Below, piece after piece: positions 10,504 through 17,983 of a stretch of DNA of 32,000 nt (position 1 is its first letter; every line of letters starts with the position of its first letter). Under the pieces are notes generated by a model that had not been told where the DNA came from, did not search any database, and worked only from the letters and a program-made list of their open reading frames with translations. Position numbers and translations under genes: made by a program. The stretch is from an uncultured Acidobacteriota bacterium. GTDB taxonomy: Bacteria; Acidobacteriota; Terriglobia; Terriglobales; Acidobacteriaceae. The stretch covers positions 955,558-987,557 of the forward strand of contig CAVOKO010000012.1 in assembly GCA_963696525.1 (NCBI GenBank), written 5' to 3'.

Positions 10504-11931
10504 ATGCCACAACCACGCACTCTGTTTGAAAAACTTTGGGACAGCCATGTCGTCCGCCATGCCGAAGGCGAGCCGGCTCTCCTGTTCATCGATCTGCACC
10601 TGGTGCATGAGGTCACGTCTCCGCAGGCCTTCGAAGGTCTGCGCATCGCCGGCCGCAAGGTGCGCCGAACCGATCTCACGGTTGCGACGGTGGATCACAA
10701 CATCGCCACTACGACCGCCGACCGCTTCCGGATTACCGACCTGGTCGCCAAGCAGCAGGTGGAAGCTCTGCGCGCCAATTGCGCCGCGTTCGGCGTCGAG
10801 CTGTTCGATGTCGGTACGGTGGAGCAGGGCATTGTGCACGTCATCGGGCCGGAGCTTGGTTACACGCAGCCCGGTAAGACGATTGTCTGCGGCGACAGTC
10901 ATACCAGCACACACGGAGCCTTCGGCGCGCTGGCGATCGGCATCGGAACCTCGGAAGTGGAACACGTGCTGGCCACGCAGTGCCTGCAACAGGATAAGCC
11001 CAAGGCCATGCGTGTGCGCGTCGATGGCAGGCTGCCCGAAGGGGTTACGGCCAAGGATCTGGCTCTGGCCATCATCGGCAAGATCGGCACCGATGGAGGT
11101 ACTGGCCACGTCATCGAATATGCCGGCGAGGCAGTCCGTGCCCTCTCCATGGAAGGCCGCATGACGTTGTGCAACCTGAGCATCGAAAGCGGCGCGCGCG
11201 CCGGAATGGTGGCTCCCGACGAGACTACGTTCGCCTATGTCAAGGGCCGCAAGAACGCGCCCAAGGGCGCCGGCTGGGATAAGGCTGTCGCCTACTGGCG
11301 CACGCTGCCCACCGACGAGGGCGCCAGCTTCGACAAGGAAGTTTTACTCCATGCCGCGGAACTGACCCCGCACGTCACCTGGGGCACAAACCCGGGAATG
11401 GTTTCGCCCATCACCGGACGCGTGCCGAACCCGCAGGATGCCGCCAGCGAAGCGGAGAGGAGCGCGCTGGAGCGTGCTCTCAGCTATATGGCGCTGAAGC
11501 CCGGCACGCAACTCACCGACATCGCCATCGACCGCGTCTTCATCGGCTCCTGCACCAACGGGAGGCTTGACGATCTTCGCGCCGCCGCACGCGTTCTGCG
11601 CGGCTACAAGATTCACCCGAAGGTCCACGCCATGATCGTTCCCGGATCGCAGGCGGTGAAGGCCGCCGCCGAGCAGGAAGGGCTCGATCGCATCTTTCTG
11701 GACGCGGGCGCGGAGTGGCGCGAATCGGGCTGCTCGATGTGTCTGGGGATGAACCCCGACATTTTGCAGCCGGGCCAGCGCTGCGCCGCCACCAGCAACC
11801 GCAACTTCGAAGGACGCCAGGGCAAGGGCGGTCGCACCCACCTCGTCAGTCCGGCAATGGCCGCCGCCGCCGCCGTCGCGGGGCACTTCACAGACGTTCG
11901 CGCCTGGCAATTCAAGGATCAGGAAAAATGA
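10504..11931 (+). CDS. leuC: 3-isopropylmalate dehydratase large subunit
   Basis: [17 protein letters not shown]...[32 protein letters not shown]...[16 protein letters not shown]...MCLGMNPD. Confidence 0.98.
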   Translation: MPQPRTLFEKLWDSHVVRHAEGEPALLFIDLHLVHEVTSPQAFEGLRIAGRKVRRTDLTVATVDHNIATTTADRFRITDLVAKQQVEALRANCAAFGVELFDVGTVEQGIVHVIGPELGYTQPGKTIVCGDSHTSTHGAFGALAIGIGTSEVEHVLATQCLQQDKPKAMRVRVDGRLPEGVTAKDLALAIIGKIGTDGGTGHVIEYAGEAVRALSMEGRMTLCNLSIESGARAGMVAPDETTFAYVKGRKNAPKGAGWDKAVAYWRTLPTDEGASFDKEVLLHAAELTPHVTWGTNPGMVSPITGRVPNPQDAASEAERSALERALSYMALKPGTQLTDIAIDRVFIGSCTNGRLDDLRAAARVLRGYKIHPKVHAMIVPGSQAVKAAAEQEGLDRIFLDAGAEWRESGCSMCLGMNPDILQPGQRCAATSNRNFEGRQGKGGRTHLVSPAMAAAAAVAGHFTDVRAWQFKDQEK

Positions 11932-12521
11932 AACCGTTGCGTGTACACAAAGGAATCGCGGTGCCGATGGACAAGATTAACATCGACACCGACCAGATCA
12001 TTCCCAAGCAGTTTCTCAAGCGCATCGAGCGCACGGGTTACGGCGACTTCCTGTTTTTCGACTGGCGCTTCCGGCCGGACGGCAGCGAAGATCCGTCGTT
12101 TGTCCTCAATCACCCCGTGTACCGCAAGGGCAGCATCTTGATCGGAGGGCGAAATTTCGGTTGCGGCTCTTCTCGCGAGCACGCGCCGTGGGCGCTTTCC
12201 GATTTCGGTATCCACATCGTAATTGCGCCGTCGTTCGCCGACATCTTTTTCAACAATTGCGCCAAGAACGGGATGCTGACGGTAATTCTCAGTGAGGAAC
12301 AGGTCGCGGAATTGGCGCGCCGGGCGCGGGAAAAACCCGGTCACCAATTGACCGTCGATCTGGAAAACCAGACGGTTTCCGACGATCAAGGCTTTCGCGC
12401 CGCATTCTCCATCGATCCTTTCAAACGCCATTGCCTGCTGCATGGGCTGGATGACATCAGCCTGACCCTGCAACACGAGGCGGAGATTGAGGCATTCGAA
12501 AAGAAACGGGTTCAGTTCTGA
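11928..12521 (+). CDS. leuD: 3-isopropylmalate dehydratase small subunit
   Basis: [33 protein letters not shown]...[17 protein letters not shown]; ATGA overlap with leuC. Confidence 0.97.
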   Translation: MKPLRVHKGIAVPMDKINIDTDQIIPKQFLKRIERTGYGDFLFFDWRFRPDGSEDPSFVLNHPVYRKGSILIGGRNFGCGSSREHAPWALSDFGIHIVIAPSFADIFFNNCAKNGMLTVILSEEQVAELARRAREKPGHQLTVDLENQTVSDDQGFRAAFSIDPFKRHCLLHGLDDISLTLQHEAEIEAFEKKRVQF

Positions 12522-12568
12522 GTGTGCTGCCGGAATCTCTTATGTCGCTTCGGCAGCACGGTTGTTGC

Positions 12569-12958
12569 TCATGACGCTGCAACTGACCGAGTAGGATTTC
12601 GAGGATCAATTCGAACTGTTATTGTTGCTCCACGCGGGAACTGATTTATTACCTTTCCAGTCTGTACTTCGTGTGACGAAAAGCTGAAGAGCAGCCACTT
12701 CCGGCATTCGCCGGAATACTGCTTGCCGGCGAAATCGAAGCTGTAGAAAACAACAAACCACCCGTTTCCTCTCGCGGCTAACAGCTCGTAACCCTCAACG
12801 ATCGCAGAAATACGAACCCAACCGCTAGAACGTCGTCTGGTCGCCCATTGTCGCGGACCAAAGTAGTTCCATGTACCCAAGGACCGACTTGACTGGGAAC
12901 AGTTCCATCTAGCACGCCACCCACTGCGGGCGTTCCGCACGTTATGACACCGGTTCAA
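12569..12958 (-). CDS. Possible DUF3592-like hypothetical protein; only the C-terminal half looks protein-like and the start is uncertain
   Basis: Frame contains WFVVFYSFDFAGKQYSGECRKWLLFSFSSHEVQTGKVINQFPRGATITVRIDPRNPTRSV, which resembles the YxYxxxGxxYxG...YPxGxxVxVxYdPxnPxxSvL pattern. Confidence 0.4.
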   Translation of the reverse strand: MNRCHNVRNARSGWRARWNCSQSSRSLGTWNYFGPRQWATRRRSSGWVRISAIVEGYELLAARGNGWFVVFYSFDFAGKQYSGECRKWLLFSFSSHEVQTGKVINQFPRGATITVRIDPRNPTRSVAAS

Positions 12959-13427
12959 GGGGGGTGCGGGAAATATCGGACAGGTGCTGGTGCACCACGA
13001 TCAGCTTGCCCTCGGAATCGAGAGTGAATATATGGGTTCCGCGGCCGTCGGGCACGCCTCGGTTGTATTTTTTCCCGAGGATCGGTTCTTCCAGGTTCTT
13101 GGCCCACGTCCGGAAGGTGTGGATGGCCAGGGCCACATCGTCGGCGAGAAACTTCACGTCGATCGGCGAGGTGATCTCGGCGCGAAAACTGGCGTCTGGC
13201 TTGAAGTACTCGCGTTCCCGGCGGGCTGCCGCCACCCGTCCCAGCTCGGCCCGTGGCGAATACGGGCTGAACGAGGTTGCATCGTATGCGTACATCTTCA
13301 CCAGCTCACCGGGTTTTTTGTCGGCCATGGCTGAAAAGTATCGGCGCACGGCCGCCTGCACTTGTTCTACCGTGAATTTTGTCGTCACACCCACCTCCTC
13401 CGCGTCGACCGGCTCATTTCGGTGCAA
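12942..13427 (-). CDS. NTF2/SnoaL-like fold protein, paralogue of the 1490-1936 protein
   Basis: 161 aa, TVEQVQAAVRRYFSAMADKKPGELVKMYAYDATSFSPYSPRAELGRVAAARREREYF...IVVHQHLSDISR. Confidence 0.75.
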   Translation of the reverse strand: MHRNEPVDAEEVGVTTKFTVEQVQAAVRRYFSAMADKKPGELVKMYAYDATSFSPYSPRAELGRVAAARREREYFKPDASFRAEITSPIDVKFLADDVALAIHTFRTWAKNLEEPILGKKYNRGVPDGRGTHIFTLDSEGKLIVVHQHLSDISRTPLEPVS

Positions 13428-13557
13428 GCAGCGTAACGCACTTTATCCAGTTCGCAAAATTACGTAGGTTACGGACCGATTGGGGGCTGCTCGCTCCCCA
13501 GCCGGCACGCGGTTGGCCGCGCCATGGCTGCGCGAATGGGAGTAATTCAGGACAGCT

Positions 13558-14055
13558 TTGAGATCAGCGATGCCGTCCGGAACGACTGCTGGATCTGGTC
13601 GAGTTGCTATTCGGGGGAGGCCGAGTCGAGGCTGCCGATCTACGAATGAAGCGCTGCAAGCGTTCGGCGGACGTTTTCGCCGCTGGTGGCGAGAATCTCA
13701 CGCCAACCCGCGGGATCGTTTGGCGCCAGACGCGTCATCTCCGGCTGCTTGCCGCACGGAGCCTGGGTGCAGTCTCCGTAGTCTCATCGGGCTGCAGCAT
13801 TGTGGCAAGCGCGGCGTTCGGCAATGCGTGCGGCAATCGACTGGCCGATGCAAGCGCCGCATGATGCTCTTCAGGAGTCATGCAATCGTAAGCGTATGTC
13901 TTCGCCAGTTCCCTGGCTCTTTGGTCGGCGGTCGATTCAAAGTATCGGCAAATGGCTGCAAATATGTGTCTCATGATGTTCTTTCTCATCACAGGGCTAC
14001 TGCTGGGACCGATACGTCTAAGGTCGAATCCTATATGGTTTTGCGCATTCGTCAA
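13558..14055 (-). pseudogene. Decayed chimeric duplicate: NTF2-like N-terminal fragment joined to a TyrA C-terminal fragment
   Basis: Minus strand: FAAICRYFESTADQRARELAKTYAYD (compare VQAAVRRYFSAMADKKPGELVKMYAYD) runs straight into CMTPEEHHAALASASRLPHALPNAALATML (compare CMTPAEHDLVLAFTSHLPQLLSIALANTVL). Further along, after a frame change: MTRLAPNDPAGWREILATSGENVRRTLAALHS*IGSLDSASPE*QLDQI (compare MTRLAKSDPLVWRDILATNGDNIRRALAEIQRQIGSLSSALSEAQFDQS). Confidence 0.75.
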
Positions 14056-14250
14056 ATTACCGAGGTAACGCTGGGGGATGGGTCTGGCTGGTTGGAGCGA
14101 CTCCAGAATCGGTGCATCCCGGAACTGGTAATGGCGGGTTCACTGTCACTCCGGCAAGCGAAACGCTACGCTCGCCGGGGACTCGCGTGCCCAGCTGCTC
14201 CATGGGGTATCTCTTTCGCGAAAGTGCTCCAACTCAGCACAGCTTCGAAA

Positions 14251-15132
14251 TCAGCGATGCCGTCCGGAACGATTGCTGGATTGGTCGAATTGCGCTTCGG
14301 ACAGGGCGGAACTCAGGCTGCCGATTTGCCGTTGAATTTCCGCCAGGGCTCGCCGGATGTTGTCGCCGTTGGTAGCGAGGATGTCGCGCCAGACAAGGGG
14401 ATCGCTCTTGGCCAGGCGTGTCATATCGCGCAAGCCGCCGCCGCAGGGAATGCGACTGTAGCCGTCGTCGCCGGCATCCACTCTGAGTTCGCCAAGCACG
14501 GTGTTGGCCAGAGCGATCGACAATAGCTGCGGCAGGTGACTGGTGAAGGCGAGCACGAGGTCGTGCTCTGCGGGCGTCATGCAGACGGGCGAAGCCCCAA
14601 TTTTGCGGATCAACTCCATCCAGCCGGCGTGCAGGGAAGTGGGGGCCGGAGAAGAGGCGGAGGGTCCGGCTGCGATTCGATAGGCGTGAACACCCACTTT
14701 GCCCCGCGAAACAGGTAAGGGTCGGCTTGCTCGATGCCGTGCGTTCCTTGCCCGAAATCGGATGGCCGGGCAGAAATCGCCGCTGCGCGGGCGCGCCGAA
14801 GACGTTTCTGGCTTGGCTTGGGCGACGATCTCAACCTTGGTACTGCCGGTGTCGGTGATGAGCGCCTGTGCGGGAGCGTGTTTAGCGACCACCGGCAACA
14901 GTGCAAGAATCGAAGAAATCGGGGTCGACAGCACGATCACGTCGGCATCCCGGACGGCACTCTCGATTGCTGGCGCCGCGCGATCGATCGCTCCCAACCG
15001 GACTGCCTTTTCGAGCACTTCCGGCGCGTCGCTGCCAGCGATTCCGCCGCGAAATCCCGCGGTCCGCAGAGCGGCGCCGAGTGACCCGCCAATCAGCCCG
15101 CAGCCGACAATCGCGATCTTACTGATTTGCAT
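14251..15132 (-). CDS. tyrA: Prephenate dehydrogenase, with an internal frame excursion around 14660-14860
   Basis: MQISKIAIVGCGLIGGSLGAALRTAGF...VIVLSTPISSILALLPVVAKHAPAQALITDTGSTK. The expected middle (HGIEQADPYLFRGAKWVFTPIESQPD) is in the overlapping minus frame (ORF 14610-14906), then WMELIRKIGASPVCMTPAEHDLVLAFTSHLPQ returns to the original frame. Confidence 0.9.
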   Translation of the reverse strand: MQISKIAIVGCGLIGGSLGAALRTAGFRGGIAGSDAPEVLEKAVRLGAIDRAAPAIESAVRDADVIVLSTPISSILALLPVVAKHAPAQALITDTGSTKVEIVAQAKPETSSARPRSGDFCPAIRFRARNARHRASRPLPVSRGKVGVHAYRIAAGPSASSPAPTSLHAGWMELIRKIGASPVCMTPAEHDLVLAFTSHLPQLLSIALANTVLGELRVDAGDDGYSRIPCGGGLRDMTRLAKSDPLVWRDILATNGDNIRRALAEIQRQIGSLSSALSEAQFDQSSNRSGRHR

Positions 15133-16189
15133 GCATGATCTCACGCCGCCGTGGCGCGGGTTGCGGAAGCGCGGACAGCCGCGCCTGCACTCTACGCACC
15201 GGCTCGGCCAGCCCTCTCATTAGCTTTGCGAACTCGGCGATGTTGAGAGACTGCGCGCCATCGGACAAAGCATTTTCCGGATTGGGATGCACTTCGAGCA
15301 GCAGTCCATCGGCCCCGGCGGCCAGTGCGGCTCGCGAGACTGCTGGAACCAGATCGCGTCTGCCGGTGGCGTGCGAAGGATCGGCCAACACGGGAAGATG
15401 CGTAAGCTGCCTGGCCAGCGCCACGGCGCCGATGTCGAACGTATTGCGGGTTTCAGTACCCGAGCCTTTGATGCCGCGTTCGCACAGGATCACGTTGGGA
15501 TTCCCGCCCGCCAGCAGATATTCGGCCGCCAGCAGCCATTCCTCGACGCTGGCCGCCGGATTGCGCTTGAGCAAAACGGGCTTGTCCACGGTCGCAAGCC
15601 GTCGAAGCAGCGCGAAGTTCTGCATGTTCCGCGCTCCCACCTGTAACACATCGGCGTACTCGCAGACGGTCTCGACATCATCGGTGCTCAGCACCTCGGT
15701 AACGATCGGCAAGCCGGTTTCTTCGCGGGCTTCGGCCAGCAGCTTCAGGCCCTTCACTCCCAGTCCCTGGAACTCGTAAGGCGATGTGCGGGGCTTGTAC
15801 GCGCCTCCGCGCAGCATGGTGGCGCCGCCGTCCCGCACTCCGCGGGCCGCGGCCATCAACTGTTCGCGAGATTCCACCGAACACGGCCCGGCGATCACGA
15901 CCGCCGTCTCGCCGCCGATCTCGACATCGCCCACCCTGACGATGGTCCGCTGCTTGCGGGATTGTATCGAAGCCAGCTTGAAACGATGAGTGACGTTGAT
16001 GAGCGAGTCCACGGCCGGCAGCAGGCGCAGAGCCTGGTCGCCGTTACCATCGAGTCTGGACTGGTTCGTTACCACCACGATGCGGCTCGCTTCGCGCACC
16101 ACATGGGCCTGAATACCGCGATTCTGAAGGTTGGAGACAACTCGCAGGACATCCTCGCGTGTTGCCGTATTCCGCATGCTGACCAACAT
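15119..16189 (-). CDS. aroF: 3-deoxy-7-phosphoheptulonate (DAHP) synthase with N-terminal ferredoxin-like regulatory domain
   Basis: MLVSMRNTATREDVLRVVSNLQNRGIQAHVV...VIAGPCSVESREQLMAAARGVRDGGATMLRGGAYKPRTSPYEFQGLGVKGLKLL...DPSHATGRRDLV; SD-like GAGGAG precedes the ATG at 16189. Confidence 0.95.
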   Translation of the reverse strand: MLVSMRNTATREDVLRVVSNLQNRGIQAHVVREASRIVVVTNQSRLDGNGDQALRLLPAVDSLINVTHRFKLASIQSRKQRTIVRVGDVEIGGETAVVIAGPCSVESREQLMAAARGVRDGGATMLRGGAYKPRTSPYEFQGLGVKGLKLLAEAREETGLPIVTEVLSTDDVETVCEYADVLQVGARNMQNFALLRRLATVDKPVLLKRNPAASVEEWLLAAEYLLAGGNPNVILCERGIKGSGTETRNTFDIGAVALARQLTHLPVLADPSHATGRRDLVPAVSRAALAAGADGLLLEVHPNPENALSDGAQSLNIAEFAKLMRGLAEPVRRVQARLSALPQPAPRRREIMHANQ

Positions 16190-16200
16190 GATGACTCCTC

Positions 16201-17094
16201 TTATTTGTGCTGTTCCCGGCTGGTGTTGCAGGACCCGAGATACCTTAATTCCGCGTTCATCGCGTGCAATGGCCCGGCCACGCAGGCTTCCAGTTTTTGC
16301 CTGGAGGCCGCCACGTCGAGGAAGAACCGGTACTGCCAAGGCGTGCCCTTGATCGGACGGCTTACCAGGCTCAGTAAATCGATTTGAGAATTGGCGAACG
16401 GCGCCAGCGCGTGATAAAGCGATCCGGGCCGGTTCGGGAGCGTCAGCGCAATCGTCGAGGTCGTGTTGTCGGCATGTATTTTCACCGCGGGCGACAGCAG
16501 GGCGAAGCGCGTGAAGTTGTTGCGAAAGTCTTCGATATGTTCCAGCAGGATCGAACCGCCATAGAGTTCGGCCGCCTCGCTGCCGGCGATGGCTGCTCGT
16601 GAACGGTCGCCGGCGTTGATCACCGCTTGCACGCTTCCCGCCGTGTCATCGGCCACCTTGCGCATGATGTGTGGGTAATTGGCGAAGAAGCGCTCGCACT
16701 GTGCCAGGGCGACGGGGTGCGATTCGACCTCCCGGACATCTTCGAGTTTCGCTTGCGGAACGGCGATCAGACAATGCGAGATCTGGAGAACGGTCTCGTC
16801 GATGATGCTCAGTCCGGCATCGTAGAGCAGGTCGTAACATTGATAGACGGTTCCCGCCAGGGTGTTTTCCAGCGGGGCGACGATATAGTCGGCGCGATTT
16901 TCGCCGATGGCGCTGAACAGAGTCTCGAAATCCCTGCATTCGACGGGGATCGCGCCGGCGGGAAACAGGCGGCGAACCGCGGTCTCGCTGAAGGCTCCGC
17001 GGCGGCCCTGGAAGGCGACTCGCGGCGACCTTGGGTCCGCAACCACCTCCGTTGTCGCCGTGGCCGGAGCAGCGGACTTGGAGGAGTCGCTCAC
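16201..17094 (-). CDS. pheA: Prephenate dehydratase with ACT domain
   Basis: VAFQGRRGAFSETAVRRLFPA...VAPLENTLAGTVYQCYDLL...NNFTRFALLSP...TTSTIALTLPNRPGSLYHALAPFANSQIDLLSLVSRPIKGTPWQYRFFLDV. Confidence 0.97.
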   Translation of the reverse strand: MSDSSKSAAPATATTEVVADPRSPRVAFQGRRGAFSETAVRRLFPAGAIPVECRDFETLFSAIGENRADYIVAPLENTLAGTVYQCYDLLYDAGLSIIDETVLQISHCLIAVPQAKLEDVREVESHPVALAQCERFFANYPHIMRKVADDTAGSVQAVINAGDRSRAAIAGSEAAELYGGSILLEHIEDFRNNFTRFALLSPAVKIHADNTTSTIALTLPNRPGSLYHALAPFANSQIDLLSLVSRPIKGTPWQYRFFLDVAASRQKLEACVAGPLHAMNAELRYLGSCNTSREQHK

Positions 17095-17360
17095 GCCCTG
17101 CTCTCCTGAATGCGTCGTGATTCGCGGATGATGCTGCGGAAGATGGCGGCTACGCTCCTGGTGTTGAGCGGGCCCCGGTTTTGCTCGCGCAAGCGCCGCA
17201 AGACCTCCGCTTCGCGGGTGCCGTCGAGCACCGGCATTCTGTGTTCCCGCTTGAGTTTGCCGATATCCTCGACAATGCGGGCGCGTTGGTTCAGCAAGTC
17301 GAGCAGCCTCTGGTCAATTTCGTCAATCTCAGCGCGCCGTCGCCAAATCCTCGGTGTCAT
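17091..17360 (-). CDS. Chorismate mutase, AroQ type, monofunctional
   Basis: IDEIDQRLLDLLNQRARIVEDIGKLKREHRMPVLDGTREAEVLRRLREQNRGPLNTRSVAAIFRSIIRESRRIQ; SD GAGGAG upstream; 4-nt overlap with pheA. Confidence 0.93.
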   Translation of the reverse strand: MTPRIWRRRAEIDEIDQRLLDLLNQRARIVEDIGKLKREHRMPVLDGTREAEVLRRLREQNRGPLNTRSVAAIFRSIIRESRRIQESRA

Positions 17361-17408
17361 CGGCCGTCTCCTCTCAAGTCCTTTTCCGATTCACTATCCA
17401 AAAACAAA

Positions 17409-17437
17409 AAAGCCGCGACTTTGTGAGTCGCGGCTTT
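17409..17437 (-). terminator. Intrinsic terminator / attenuator hairpin of the aromatic operon leader
   Basis: Minus strand AAAGCCGCGACT-CACAA-AGTCGCGGCTTT followed by TTTGTTTTT: perfect 12-bp stem, 5-nt loop, T-rich tail. It lies between the leader peptide stop and the chorismate mutase start, so it is not a gene-end terminator for this operon. Confidence 0.92.
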
Positions 17438-17459
17438 CGAAGCTTTGCTGGTTGAGACT

Positions 17460-17555
17460 TTAGGTTTCCATCACCCCAGCACACGAGCCTCGGTCGGCCG
17501 CCACTCTAAAGTAGTAGCGGTAAGCGTATCCGAAGCTAAATCGATAAGTGTGCAT
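17460..17555 (-). CDS. Leader peptide (31 aa) for aromatic amino acid attenuation: MHTYRFSFGYAYRYYFRVAADRGSCAGVMET
   Basis: Reading the minus strand: ATG CAC ACT TAT CGA TTT AGC TTC GGA TAC GCT TAC CGC TAC TAC TTT ... ACC TAA. Five Tyr and three Phe codons among the first 16, stop 22 nt before the terminator stem. Confidence 0.85.
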   Translation of the reverse strand: MHTYRFSFGYAYRYYFRVAADRGSCAGVMET

Positions 17556-17584
17556 GAACGTAACGGTCCAACCCGACATCAATT

Positions 17585-17613
17585 AACTTAGCGGCGTTCT
17601 TTCGAAAAGTCAA
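17585..17613 (-). promoter_or_regulatory. Candidate promoter of the attenuated aromatic operon
   Basis: Minus strand TTGACT (17613-17608), 17-nt spacer, TAAGTT (17590-17585); puts the transcription start about 20-25 nt before the leader ATG. Confidence 0.5.
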
Positions 17614-17983
17614 CTACCCGAAAGTGTTACGGGAGAGAACGAGATCGCCGGGCGCGCAGCTCTCGTGTTACGCCAATTCTACTGAACGCGCAGCCCGCTC
17701 GAAACGGCGATAAAATAAAGCTGCCGATTACGGATCGTGCGCGCCGCCGCGCGAACTTGTGATTCAATCGCGATTGCTTATGAAGACACAACAAATATAG
17801 CTTTGACTAATTGCATGCGGCATAAGAAATTCATGGACAAGGTGATAAGGTAACGATCCTGCCGATTGCTGGGGCAGGATTTTCGCTATGCCATGAGGCC
17901 TTGTGCCACCCGACGCGGCTGCTGCCGGAGCGCAGCGCGTCATCTCTTGGGCAGATTTAACCAAATTGTAAGGCGAATGAACG

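Noticed and set aside
17409-17437. Hairpin read as an ordinary transcription terminator for a plus-strand gene
   Set aside because: There is no plus-strand gene ending there and the T tract is on the minus strand, between a Tyr/Phe leader ORF and chorismate mutase, which fits attenuation.
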